Origin: Dehalococcoidia bacterium
Lineage (GTDB): Bacteria > Chloroflexota > Dehalococcoidia > Lucifugimonadales > UBA2985
Direction of reading: 5' to 3'
NCBI GenBank assembly: GCA_963580875.1
Contig: CAUZMC010000003.1
Coordinates: forward strand, 2,729-66,728
Length of the DNA stretch: 64,000 nucleotides
The translations under genes and the position numbers were made by a program. Below, piece after piece: positions 9,631-20,363 of the stretch (positions are counted from its first letter, which is position 1; every line of letters begins with the position of its first letter). Below the pieces are notes generated by a model. That model had not been told where the DNA came from, did no database searches, and saw only the letters and a list, made by a program, of their open reading frames with translations.

Positions 9631-10896
9631 ATGATTGATACAGCTAAGATAAAAGTTAAGGCGGGAAATGGAGGAAGTGGAGGAATTAGTTTTCGTAGAG
9701 AAAAATATGTTCCTCAAGGAGGACCTGATGGTGGTGATGGTGGTGATGGTGGCAATATAATAATTCAAGCTACTGATGGCCTCCACATGCTTAGAGCATT
9801 TCGATATAATAGAATATTTAAAGCTGACAATGGTAGTAAAGGAGTTGGAAAAAATAAATCGGGACATTCAGGTAAAGATTGCATAATAAATGTACCGAGC
9901 GGCACAATTATAACTAAGATTGATTTAGATGGCAGTAGAAAAGAATTAGGAGACTTGATACTAACTGGCTCACGCATTGTGGTGCAAAGAGGAGGAGTGG
10001 GGGGAAAAGGAAACATTAAATTCAGCAATCCTAATAATCGCGTTCCTCTACTTGCAGAAGATGGAGATATTCCAGAAGAGATTACCATTGAGCTCGAAAT
10101 ACAGGTACTCGCTGATGTAGCAATTATTGGTATGCCCAGTGTAGGAAAGTCTTCAATGTTGCGAGTCTGCTCTAGGGCTAAGCCGGATGTTGCAGCATAT
10201 CCGTTTACAACGCTGGAGCCTGTTCTTGGATTTGTGGAAAGGCATCGGCAGGAGTTTATTTTGGCAGAAATTCCCGGATTGATTGAAGGAGCGCATAATG
10301 GAGCAGGGCTGGGATATGAATTCCTACGGCATATGCAGCGTGTTTCCAGTATCGTTCATGTCCTTGATGGTACATCTGAAACCATAGTGCAGGATTACCT
10401 GCAGGTCCGCGAAGAGATGAGATTGTATGATGCCCGCCTATTGGAAAAACCTGAACTTGTGGTAGTAAATAAGATGGACACCCCTGAGGTTCAGGTTTTT
10501 AGGACTGAAATAGAGGAGGCGTTGAAGGAAATAGGCCTTCAGGGGCAATTCATTTCTGCCGTAACAGAAGAGGGGATTGGGGATGTTCTCGATAAAGTTC
10601 TCGAGATGCTGGCGTCCCTTCCTTTGGTAGAAACCGTTAAAGGTGATTCTCTTTCAGTGTTGCAACCAAGGGCTGAGATTAACAGAGTTTCCGTTCGCAA
10701 GAGCGAAGGGAGTTTCATTGTAAAATCAGCCAAGGCTGAGCGAATAATCAGACGAGTGGACCTTGAAGATTGGGGTGTTCAGGCGCAGCTATGGGGAGAA
10801 TTCAAGCGAATCGGTTTAGTCCGCGCTCTGGAGAAAGCCGGTGCAAAATACGGCGATACAGTTAAAATCGGAGATATGGAATTAGTGTGGAAATAG
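9631..10896 (+). CDS. obg: GTPase Obg/CgtA
   Basis: The N-terminal Obg fold has the glycine-rich motif KAGNGGSGGISFRREKYVPQGGPDGGDGGDGG. The G domain has GMPSVGKSS and DIPG-like EIPGLIEGA. An OCT-like C-terminus is present. Confidence 0.95.
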   Translation: MIDTAKIKVKAGNGGSGGISFRREKYVPQGGPDGGDGGDGGNIIIQATDGLHMLRAFRYNRIFKADNGSKGVGKNKSGHSGKDCIINVPSGTIITKIDLDGSRKELGDLILTGSRIVVQRGGVGGKGNIKFSNPNNRVPLLAEDGDIPEEITIELEIQVLADVAIIGMPSVGKSSMLRVCSRAKPDVAAYPFTTLEPVLGFVERHRQEFILAEIPGLIEGAHNGAGLGYEFLRHMQRVSSIVHVLDGTSETIVQDYLQVREEMRLYDARLLEKPELVVVNKMDTPEVQVFRTEIEEALKEIGLQGQFISAVTEEGIGDVLDKVLEMLASLPLVETVKGDSLSVLQPRAEINRVSVRKSEGSFIVKSAKAERIIRRVDLEDWGVQAQLWGEFKRIGLVRALEKAGAKYGDTVKIGDMELVWK

Positions 10897-10897
10897 C

Positions 10898-11515
10898 ATG
10901 AAGCTTGGCATTTTGGGCGGGACATTTGATCCAATTCATATTGGGCATCTCATGATTGCTCAAGAAGCAGCAATAAGGCTTGCTCTTGACGAAGTATGGT
11001 TTATTCCAACTGGTCAGCCGTGGCTTAAAAATGGAAGCAAGATCTCACCAGCAAATGACCGACTGGAGATGGTGAGGCGGGCAATTCGATGTAACTCAGG
11101 ATTTAAAGTATCTACCATTGAGATAGATCGGCCCGGGCCGACGTATACGGTGGATACTTTGGAGTCTCTTCGGGAGGGCGACGCTAAGGGCGATTCTCTT
11201 TTCTTCATTCTTGGAATGGACTCCCTAGAGGATCTACACCAGTGGCATCAGCCGGAACGCCTATTTGATTTGTGCACATTGGTCGGAGTATCAAGACCCG
11301 CGCAGCGCACCTTTGATTTGAGATCTCTTGACCACATTCGTCCGGGAGCTGCTAGCGAAATCGCCATAATCGACAGCTTGGACATAGGCATTAGTGGGAA
11401 TGAAATTCGCCGCCGTGTTTTTCAATCTTTGCCTATAACCGACTGGGTTCCTAGTATCATTGAGAAGTATATATATGAGCATCACCTTTATGAGGAGGAC
11501 GGCATTGAGTATTGA
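10898..11515 (+). CDS. nadD: Nicotinate-nucleotide adenylyltransferase
   Basis: The translation begins MKLGILGGTFDPIHIGHL (the HxGH nucleotidyltransferase motif). It starts 1 nt after the obg stop. Confidence 0.9.
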   Translation: MKLGILGGTFDPIHIGHLMIAQEAAIRLALDEVWFIPTGQPWLKNGSKISPANDRLEMVRRAIRCNSGFKVSTIEIDRPGPTYTVDTLESLREGDAKGDSLFFILGMDSLEDLHQWHQPERLFDLCTLVGVSRPAQRTFDLRSLDHIRPGAASEIAIIDSLDIGISGNEIRRRVFQSLPITDWVPSIIEKYIYEHHLYEEDGIEY

Positions 11516-12080
11516 GATTGCCCGGAAAATTCTTGAGCTGTCTGAAAAACTGGGAGCCTTGAAGTATGGGGAATTCACCCTGTCCTCAGGAGCAAAGAGC
11601 AATTACTATTTCGACGGGCGCCTTATAAGCTTGAATCCAGAGGGTGCATATTGGCTCAGCAAGGTTTTTCTCGAAGAAATTAAGGGGTACGATATTGTTG
11701 CGGTGGGAGGACCGTCCATGGCTGCAATACCCATTGTCACTGCCATTGCGCTTATGAGTCAGATGGATGGCACTCCAGTTCAGGCATTCTTCGTGCGGAC
11801 AGAGACGAAGGCGCACGGCACCGGGCAGCAGATTGAAGGCCTTCTTGAGTCGGGCAACCACGTGATGATTTTAGACGACACCTGTACTTCAGGAGGTTCG
11901 TTGTTCACTGCCATTGATGCTGCAGAGGCTGCGGGATGCACAGTGGTGAAGGTTATGGCAGTACTGGATCGCCACCAGGGTGGCAGCGCCGAGCTTCGCC
12001 GCCGAGGATATGAGTTCAGTGCCCTGTTGGAACCGGCATCTGATGGTACTGTCCAGGTTGTGGATTTTGACAAAAAGTAG
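11505..12080 (+). CDS. pyrE: Orotate phosphoribosyltransferase
   Basis: Motifs seen are GALKYGEFTLSSGAKSNYYFDGR and the PRPP loop VMILDDTCTSGGS. TTG 11505 has GAGGAGG 6 nt upstream. The ORF track opens at 11460. Confidence 0.85.
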   Translation: MSIEIARKILELSEKLGALKYGEFTLSSGAKSNYYFDGRLISLNPEGAYWLSKVFLEEIKGYDIVAVGGPSMAAIPIVTAIALMSQMDGTPVQAFFVRTETKAHGTGQQIEGLLESGNHVMILDDTCTSGGSLFTAIDAAEAAGCTVVKVMAVLDRHQGGSAELRRRGYEFSALLEPASDGTVQVVDFDKK

Positions 12081-12255
12081 CGCCCTCGTAAGAGGGTGAG
12101 GATGCGCCGGAGATGAAGGTGGGGGCTGTCAGGGCATAAGAGAATTGAGAACATCAGAGGTAGAGAATGCATGGACATTCTGAGAAGATTGATAGCGATT
12201 AGCTCCGCTAGCCTTTTTCATTATTCATTAGGCGCCCATCAAACAAAAACATTTC

Positions 12256-12284
12256 TTGACAGCCCAGAACGAGGCTCTTATACT
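12256..12284 (+). promoter_or_regulatory. Near-consensus sigma70-type promoter upstream of trpE
   Basis: TTGACA (12256-12261) - 17 nt - TATACT (12279-12284). Confidence 0.55.
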
Positions 12285-12366
12285 CGGGCAAACTATACAT
12301 ATTAAAGCTGATAATAAGGTGAATAGGCCTTTTAAGTGACCCTTAGAGATCTGTAATGGATTAAAA

Positions 12367-12397
12367 CCTGCCCCTTTGAGGGTAGGCTTTTTGTTTT
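12367..12397 (+). terminator. Intrinsic terminator hairpin plus U-tract 12 nt upstream of the trpE ATG (attenuator candidate)
   Basis: The stem CCTGCCC / GGGTAGG has 7 bp including one G-U, with loop CTTTGA, followed by CTTTTTGTTTT. The trpE SD AAGGA begins directly after the U-tract. Confidence 0.55.
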
Positions 12398-12409
12398 AAG
12401 GACAAAAAT

Positions 12410-13858
12410 ATGAGCAATTATTATCCATCGCTAGAAGAAGTAAAAGAATTATCGGGACAGGGAAATTTGATTCCTTTATACAGAGAAATCAACGCGGATC
12501 TAGAGACGCCCGTTTCTGCCTATCTTAAAATAGCCCAGCCTCCATATTCCTTTCTCCTGGAGAGTGTTGAGGGCGGAGAGCGGCTGGCCCGTTACAGCTT
12601 CATTGGGACCGAACCTTTCCATGTGATCAAGACTGGCCTGGGGCAACCTGATGGAGAGGTTGATCCTTTGGTGCTCATACAGGAAATGTTGGAGAAATAT
12701 ACTCACGTACCAATACAAGGACTGCCGCGGTTCCACGGTGGGGCAGTGGGCTATCTTGCCTACGATGTTGTGCGCTACTTCGAACAGATTCCTCCGCCGT
12801 CCAAGGATTTTTTGGGACTTCCAGAGGCTCTGTTTTTGCTTGTTGATACTTTGCTGGTTTTCGACCATGTTCGGCACAAAATAAAGGTGCTGACTCACGT
12901 TCATCTGGACGAAGGGACAGTCGAGAGTGCCTATCAAGAGGCTATTGAACGTATCGATGGGCTGGTCGGCCGGTTGGGCAAGCCACTGGTCGTGGAACCT
13001 CGTCCCAAAAGAGAGGATAATGAGCCACCAATTACCTCCAATATGACCAAAGAGCGGCACGGAGCGCTGGTGGAACGCATAAAGGAATACATTTATGCTG
13101 GTGATGTCATTCAAGCGGTGCTGTCGCAGCGTTTGGCAAGGCCGACTAAGGCACAGCCTTTCGATATATACCGAGCGTTGCGCACGCTCAACCCATCGCC
13201 ATACATGTATTTTCTGGCCTTGGATGATTTTCACATCATCGGCGCCTCCCCGGAGCTTCTTGTGAGGGTGGAAGATCGGATTATATACAACTTCCCGTTG
13301 GCTGGCACGCGGCCCAGAGGCGGGACTGTAGAGGAGGATGAGGCCCTGGCAGCGGAGTTAAAAGCCGACGAGAAAGAGCGCGCCGAACACATTATGCTCG
13401 TGGACTTGGGCCGCAACGATGTCGGCCGTATCTCTGAATCAGGCTCAGTGGAAGTAACAGACCTTATGCGCGTAGTGCGCTACTCCCACGTTATGCACCT
13501 AGAATCGGAAGTTCATGGTAGATTGAGGGCAGACAAGACCATCTACGATGCGCTTCGTTCTTGTATGCCCGCTGGAACTCTATCCGGTGCCCCAAAGATA
13601 AGGGCCATGGAAATCTTGGCAGACTTGGAGGCCGAAAGACGCGGGCCTTACGGGGGAGCTGTGGGATATTTTGGCTTCAATAATGCAATGGACACGGCCA
13701 TAACTATACGAACTATGGTGCTCAAGGATGGAGTGGCTTATATACAGGCAGGCGGCGGCATAGTGGCTGATAGCGTGCCAGAGGCGGAGTATCAGGAGAC
13801 GCTTCATAAGGCCCAGGCCGTTTTGCGTGCTATAGAGGCAGCCGAGGCAGCCTCCTAG
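12410..13858 (+). CDS. trpE: Anthranilate synthase component I
   Basis: Motifs seen are the N-terminal LIPLYREINADLETPVSAYLKI, LLESVEGGE, and the C-terminal chorismate-binding GAVGYFGFNNAMDTAITIRT. Confidence 0.95.
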   Translation: MSNYYPSLEEVKELSGQGNLIPLYREINADLETPVSAYLKIAQPPYSFLLESVEGGERLARYSFIGTEPFHVIKTGLGQPDGEVDPLVLIQEMLEKYTHVPIQGLPRFHGGAVGYLAYDVVRYFEQIPPPSKDFLGLPEALFLLVDTLLVFDHVRHKIKVLTHVHLDEGTVESAYQEAIERIDGLVGRLGKPLVVEPRPKREDNEPPITSNMTKERHGALVERIKEYIYAGDVIQAVLSQRLARPTKAQPFDIYRALRTLNPSPYMYFLALDDFHIIGASPELLVRVEDRIIYNFPLAGTRPRGGTVEEDEALAAELKADEKERAEHIMLVDLGRNDVGRISESGSVEVTDLMRVVRYSHVMHLESEVHGRLRADKTIYDALRSCMPAGTLSGAPKIRAMEILADLEAERRGPYGGAVGYFGFNNAMDTAITIRTMVLKDGVAYIQAGGGIVADSVPEAEYQETLHKAQAVLRAIEAAEAAS

Positions 13859-14055
13859 GCGGCGATAGGTAAGGAATGTTTGGTCTTCAATTGACATTGC
13901 ATTGCTAGGACTATATCGTCAAGGGTAGCCTGGGCACATTCTCAGAGGTGGTTACGGTAAAGAGCAACCTCTTTGTGGCCAATCGGTGGCGGCGACTACG
14001 GTGTGGAGGCTTTGTGATGGTGGTAGCAGGTAGAAACTTCCCAGCGTTGAGGACT

Positions 14056-14823
14056 ATGCGCACCTGGAACAAGAAGCGTTGGGGGGCATTGGCCTTGATT
14101 GGTTTGGGCGCCTTCTTGTTTGTTGCCAGTGGCGGATACTCCCTTTATTCTGTTTTGGCTCGTTTTTACCCGGGTGACTTGGAGTACTCAGCCCCTTTTG
14201 ATTCGGCAGATCAATCAGATGGGTTTTCGTTCATTTATCCTGGGAGCCGAGTGCCGGCTATCTTTTGGGGCGACCCACGTTGGACGGATGTTGATTATGG
14301 TTTCGGCAACGCTCTCTTCGAGGGCTTTATCTCGGTAGACGGCAGTGGTTTATCTGTAGGGGCCGAGGGCCTGTCTGCCCCCACTAGGATCGAAATTCCC
14401 GCCATAGGCCTGAGCTCTCCAGTTAAAGCTCTTCAGATTATTAATTATGGTGATGCGCTCGGGTGGGAAACACCGAAGGACGTGGTGGGTCATATTCCCA
14501 CTACTCCAAACCCAGGTGAGGCTGGCACCGGGTACCTCTTTGGTCACCTGCAGAGTCCCATTAGGGGAGAGGGCTCCATATTCCACAATCTGGCTCAGGT
14601 TCCAGACTTGCTCAGGAAGGGAGAGGATATATATGTTGTTCTCTATAACGAAAAAGATACAGCCTACCTCTATCAGGTATCCAAGACAACGAAGATAGCC
14701 CAGGAGGACTTTACACTGCAGCAATCTTCTTTATCTACTATCACTATGGTTGCCTGTGTTCCTGCATATATATACGATCATCGCCTCCTGGTGATCGCTA
14801 ATCTAATTGGGGTAAAGGGCTGA
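14056..14823 (+). CDS. Membrane-anchored sortase-family transpeptidase
   Basis: An N-terminal TM helix (WGALALIGLGAFLFVASGGY) is present. Candidate catalytic residues are His in YLFGHL, Cys in TITMVACVP (TLxTC-like) and a downstream Arg (DHRLLV). ATG 14056 is the first start before the TM helix. Confidence 0.65.
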   Translation: MRTWNKKRWGALALIGLGAFLFVASGGYSLYSVLARFYPGDLEYSAPFDSADQSDGFSFIYPGSRVPAIFWGDPRWTDVDYGFGNALFEGFISVDGSGLSVGAEGLSAPTRIEIPAIGLSSPVKALQIINYGDALGWETPKDVVGHIPTTPNPGEAGTGYLFGHLQSPIRGEGSIFHNLAQVPDLLRKGEDIYVVLYNEKDTAYLYQVSKTTKIAQEDFTLQQSSLSTITMVACVPAYIYDHRLLVIANLIGVKG

Positions 14824-14844
14824 TTTTCTAGAAGGGGGCCCCGG

Positions 14845-15069
14845 GTGTATAGCGGATGGAGGGGACTGCCCGGGCCTAGAGGTGGATCAGATGGGGTAAT
14901 AGACGAGGCCCTCAAGTGCAAAGATTTGGGTGAGTCCCGGGTTCTCCTGTTCAACTTGAGCGGATATGATCACCTTGATTTGTCGGCCTACCTTGCAGGT
15001 TCCCTTGAGGGCTACTTTTACCCCCAGGATGAGGAGGAAATGCCCCTGCTAATGGCCGATCAGCTTTAG
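14845..15069 (+). pseudogene. 5'-truncated relic of a TrpB2-type (TrpB-like PLP enzyme) gene; only the last ~70 codons remain
   Basis: The translation ...GVIDEALKCKDLGESRVLLFNLSGYDHLDLSAYLAGSLEGY matches the C-terminal signature of TrpB2 proteins (..IDEA.K.KE.G...VILFNLSGHG..DL.AY...L.G.L) as I recall it. The GHG motif is degraded to GYD, and no upstream PLP domain is present. Confidence 0.6.
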
Positions 15070-15138
15070 GCGTGGGTGTGTGCGGTATTTACAGGCCCCA
15101 CTATAGATGGGAAAAAGAAAGGCTTTTGAGGGGACTGT

Positions 15139-17109
<1,971 letters not shown>

Positions 17110-17438
17110 CTAGAAAATTTGACTGGTCAGCAGCTAAAGCTACTGTTAGTATCTATGCGATGTTGTGTCACTGCTGTTGGTAGGCGTGGATATTATCAGG
17201 ACACTAAAGAGAGCAGGCGAGTTGGTGCGTGGCAACGAATTCCAGGGTGAAAGCACAAGATATGGGGTTGGATCTGAATTGTCACGCAGTGTAATTGTAG
17301 CACAACCCTGAGATTGCGTCAAAATCGCGCAAAGGCAGCGGCTCTTAAAATGACGCAGGGAATACCATTTACTTTTCCTAATAAGGAATTTTCTTTTCCA
17401 GCCCTCCCTTCTGTGATAGACTTTCAGCCTGAGGTGTC

Positions 17439-18449
17439 ATGAATACTGCTGAACATAGTGTCTTTTCAGGCATGCGCCCTTCTGGGCGTTTGCACTTGGG
17501 CAACTACATAGGGGCATTGCAAAATTGGGTCTCCCTTCAGAAAGAGTACCGCTGCATCTACTGCGCGGTGGACGTTCACGCTCTTACTGATATGCAGGGA
17601 GAGGCTACCAGGGCGATTCAGTCAAATGTCAGAGAGATGGTCCTGGACTGGCTGGCTGCCGGTGTTGACCCGGAGAGAAGCTTGGTCTTTGTTCAGTCTC
17701 AGGTGCCCGAGGTGATGATTCTCCATACTCTCTTGAGTATGGTCACCCCGCTTGGTTGGCTTATGCGGGTGCCAACGTTCAAGGACAAGGTGCGGCAGCT
17801 ACAGGAGACGGAGGAGTCTGTCAGTTATGGGTTGGTGGGCTATCCAGTTCTTATGACCGCTGACATCATACTCTATAAAGCCGACACGGTCCCGGTTGGG
17901 GAGGACCAGTTGCCCCATCTGGAACTAGCCAGAGAGATAGTTCGTCGCTTCAATCACCTTTACGGCCCCACTTTCCCTGAGCCTCAGCCCAAGCTTACTG
18001 AGTATCCTCTTATTCTTGGCCTTGATGGGAAACAGAAGATGAGCAAAAGCTTGGACAATCACATTGAGTTGGCTGCTACTCCTGAAGAGACAATCGCGAG
18101 GGTTAAGACGGCCTTTACCGATCCCCAACGCCTTCGACGTACGGATCCGGGGCGCCCTGAGGTTTGCAATGTGTACTCCCTCCACAAGCTCTTCAACCCA
18201 GACAAACTGGACGAGGTGTATCAGATGTGCGTATCCGCTCAGCTTGGATGCGTTGACGATAAACAGTTGCTGGCAACCGGTATCAATAAAACATTGGAAC
18301 CATTTAGGGAACGGCGGCGCGAGTTTGCCGAGAAACCAGGCTATGTGGAAGAGATACTTCAGGAAGGGGCAAGGCATGCCAGAGTCATTGCCAAAGAAAC
18401 CCTGTCTGAAGTTCGCGATAAAATGGGCATTTCAGAGACGTCCCTTTGA
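17439..18449 (+). CDS. trpS: Tryptophanyl-tRNA synthetase
   Basis: Class I motifs are present: SGMRPSGRLHLGNYIG (HIGH-like) and KMSKS. The ~336 aa length fits TrpRS. Confidence 0.93.
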   Translation: MNTAEHSVFSGMRPSGRLHLGNYIGALQNWVSLQKEYRCIYCAVDVHALTDMQGEATRAIQSNVREMVLDWLAAGVDPERSLVFVQSQVPEVMILHTLLSMVTPLGWLMRVPTFKDKVRQLQETEESVSYGLVGYPVLMTADIILYKADTVPVGEDQLPHLELAREIVRRFNHLYGPTFPEPQPKLTEYPLILGLDGKQKMSKSLDNHIELAATPEETIARVKTAFTDPQRLRRTDPGRPEVCNVYSLHKLFNPDKLDEVYQMCVSAQLGCVDDKQLLATGINKTLEPFRERRREFAEKPGYVEEILQEGARHARVIAKETLSEVRDKMGISETSL

Positions 18450-19270
18450 AGAATGGAAGCCCTGTTCTGTTGCCTACTTCCATCTCAGGACTATCTGCCT
18501 TGGAGGTAGCTCTTAGGGTGACTGAGAAAGCAGGAGAGACCTTGATGTCGAGGCTTCATGGAGAGAAAGAGGTCTCATATAAGGGCAGGGCCAATCTGGT
18601 CAGTGACGTTGACAAGTTGGTTGAGCACCAGATCATCGAGGAATTGCACAGGGAATTTCCAGACGACGGCTTTTTGGCGGAAGAGTCTGAGGCGATTCCC
18701 ACAAAATCCGGATATACGTGGATAGTGGATCCTTTGGACGGCACCAGGAACTATATTTTGGAGATACCCTTCTTTTGCGTGATCATAGCCTTGGCAAAGG
18801 ATGACGAGGTGCTAATTGGCCTGACCTATGACCCTGTGCGCGGGGAGATGTTTCAAGCCGTAAAGGGAGGGGGGGCCTTTCTGAATGGTAGTCCTATACG
18901 CGTTTCTGACAAGACTGAGTTGGACGATTCTCTTTTGAGCTATGATCTGGGTTACGTGGATGAAAAAGCCGCCATGGCGATTGAGCTTGTTTTACATTTG
19001 TGGCCCAATATCCAGGGCACAAGAATAATGGGCTCCGCTGGTCTCGGCCTTGCTTATGCCGCGTGCGGAAGAACTGATATGTACTTCCATCACAACCTGG
19101 CCCCCTGGGATATAGCCACCGGCCTTGTCCTGTTGCCTGAGGCGGGAGGAGTGATCACTGATAAGTACGAGACTCCATCTTCTTTGAAAGCTGAGAGCGT
19201 TATTGCCTCAGGGAGAAGCCTCCATTCCCAGTTTCTAGCGGCCACTGAGGGACTTGCCTGGCGTCAATGA
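18446..19270 (+). CDS. Inositol monophosphatase-family phosphatase
   Basis: Motifs seen are WIVDPLDGTRNY and the metal-binding EES. The TTG start overlaps the trpS stop (TTGA), and the exact start is uncertain. Confidence 0.8.
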   Translation: MKNGSPVLLPTSISGLSALEVALRVTEKAGETLMSRLHGEKEVSYKGRANLVSDVDKLVEHQIIEELHREFPDDGFLAEESEAIPTKSGYTWIVDPLDGTRNYILEIPFFCVIIALAKDDEVLIGLTYDPVRGEMFQAVKGGGAFLNGSPIRVSDKTELDDSLLSYDLGYVDEKAAMAIELVLHLWPNIQGTRIMGSAGLGLAYAACGRTDMYFHHNLAPWDIATGLVLLPEAGGVITDKYETPSSLKAESVIASGRSLHSQFLAATEGLAWRQ

Positions 19271-19361
19271 TTCTTTTGTAAACGTATGAGGTGATGGTAA
19301 GCGGTGTGCTTCGAAATTGCAGCTTACTGAGCTAGAACAGAAGAACGGAACGGGAACTATA

Positions 19362-20153
19362 ATGCCACACGCAACAGTCAACGGCCTGAATCTCTATTAC
19401 GAAATCAAAGGTGAGCCTGATGCTCCTCCCGTGCTGCTCATATCTGGCCTGAGTGGTGATCACCGTGGGTGGGGGCCTCTTGCTTCCATGTTGAGCGACT
19501 ACAGGGTGATATCTTTCGATAATCGCGACAGTGGCCAGAGCCAACGTGCCGACGCCTCGTATGTAATTAAGGATATGGCGGAGGACGCCGCAAGGCTGTT
19601 GAAGGAGCTGGGCATCGCTCACTCTCATGTGGTGGGCTATTCCATGGGGGGTGCAATAGCCCAGGAATTGGCCATCAGTTTTCCTCAACTGGTTGACCGC
19701 CTCGTGCTTCTTGCCACCTACGATGCAACTGATCCGCGTGGGGCCGCTCTGTTCAGAGGCCTTGCATCTCTTAGGAGAGACTTGCCGCGGGAAGATTATA
19801 TTCGCCTTGTCCTGCCTTGGGCATACACATACAAGGAATATCAGATACCAGGCTTCATAGACCAGGTGGTTCAGGGTGTCCTGGAGGACACCTTATTCCA
19901 GGAGCCGGAGGCATATGAGCGTCAGATGGAGGCTACCATCGCGTTTAATTCACGAGAGCGTCTGCAAAACATATTCTGCCAAACGCTGCTTGTCTTTGGA
20001 GAAGAGGACGTAATGACGCCACTGCGTTTTGCACGGGAACTGGTGAGGGGAATAAAGGACTCCAGGCTGGTCACTTTAGAAGGGACGGGTCACCTCTTTG
20101 TGCGAACTAGGCTGAAGGAGATTTCTGCCCTCATCAATTCCTTTTTGAATTAG
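19362..20153 (+). CDS. Alpha/beta-fold hydrolase
   Basis: Motifs seen are the nucleophile elbow GYSMGG, the N-terminal VNGLNLYYEIKG...PVLLISG, and a C-terminal GH. ATG 19362 is preferred over TTG 19317. Confidence 0.75.
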   Translation: MPHATVNGLNLYYEIKGEPDAPPVLLISGLSGDHRGWGPLASMLSDYRVISFDNRDSGQSQRADASYVIKDMAEDAARLLKELGIAHSHVVGYSMGGAIAQELAISFPQLVDRLVLLATYDATDPRGAALFRGLASLRRDLPREDYIRLVLPWAYTYKEYQIPGFIDQVVQGVLEDTLFQEPEAYERQMEATIAFNSRERLQNIFCQTLLVFGEEDVMTPLRFARELVRGIKDSRLVTLEGTGHLFVRTRLKEISALINSFLN

Positions 20154-20363
20154 TGGTGAATGCGTTACTAGTGGTGCGTGCTTAGATATTGTCTCCCGCA
20201 TTTACAGGTCGTTGCCACGTCAAAAGGGCATCGTTGTTTTGATAAAGCAGGTGCTCGTCTGCTTCGGCGCATACGATGTTTGGGCCTGATGGATCGAAGG
20301 ATATTTCTTTGCCTGGCCTAGGGGATTCCGATACCAGGAAGTTCTTATCTGAAAGTTCAGCGA

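Noticed and set aside
9729-9752. A tandem GGTGGTGAT repeat that looks like a microsatellite.
   Set aside because: It encodes the conserved glycine-rich GDGGDGG segment of the Obg fold, so it is a coding constraint rather than a repeat element.
12500-13234. Long antisense ORFs inside well-supported genes: 244 aa opposite trpE here, plus 33713-34432 opposite gyrA, 26137-26745 opposite E1 alpha/beta, 39915-40547 opposite thrB and 63335-63958 opposite nuoL.
   Set aside because: Each lies entirely within a gene whose translation has unmistakable family motifs. The antisense translations are low-complexity (S/R/P/A-rich) with no recognisable motifs. They look like shadow ORFs, which are typical of ~50% GC DNA.
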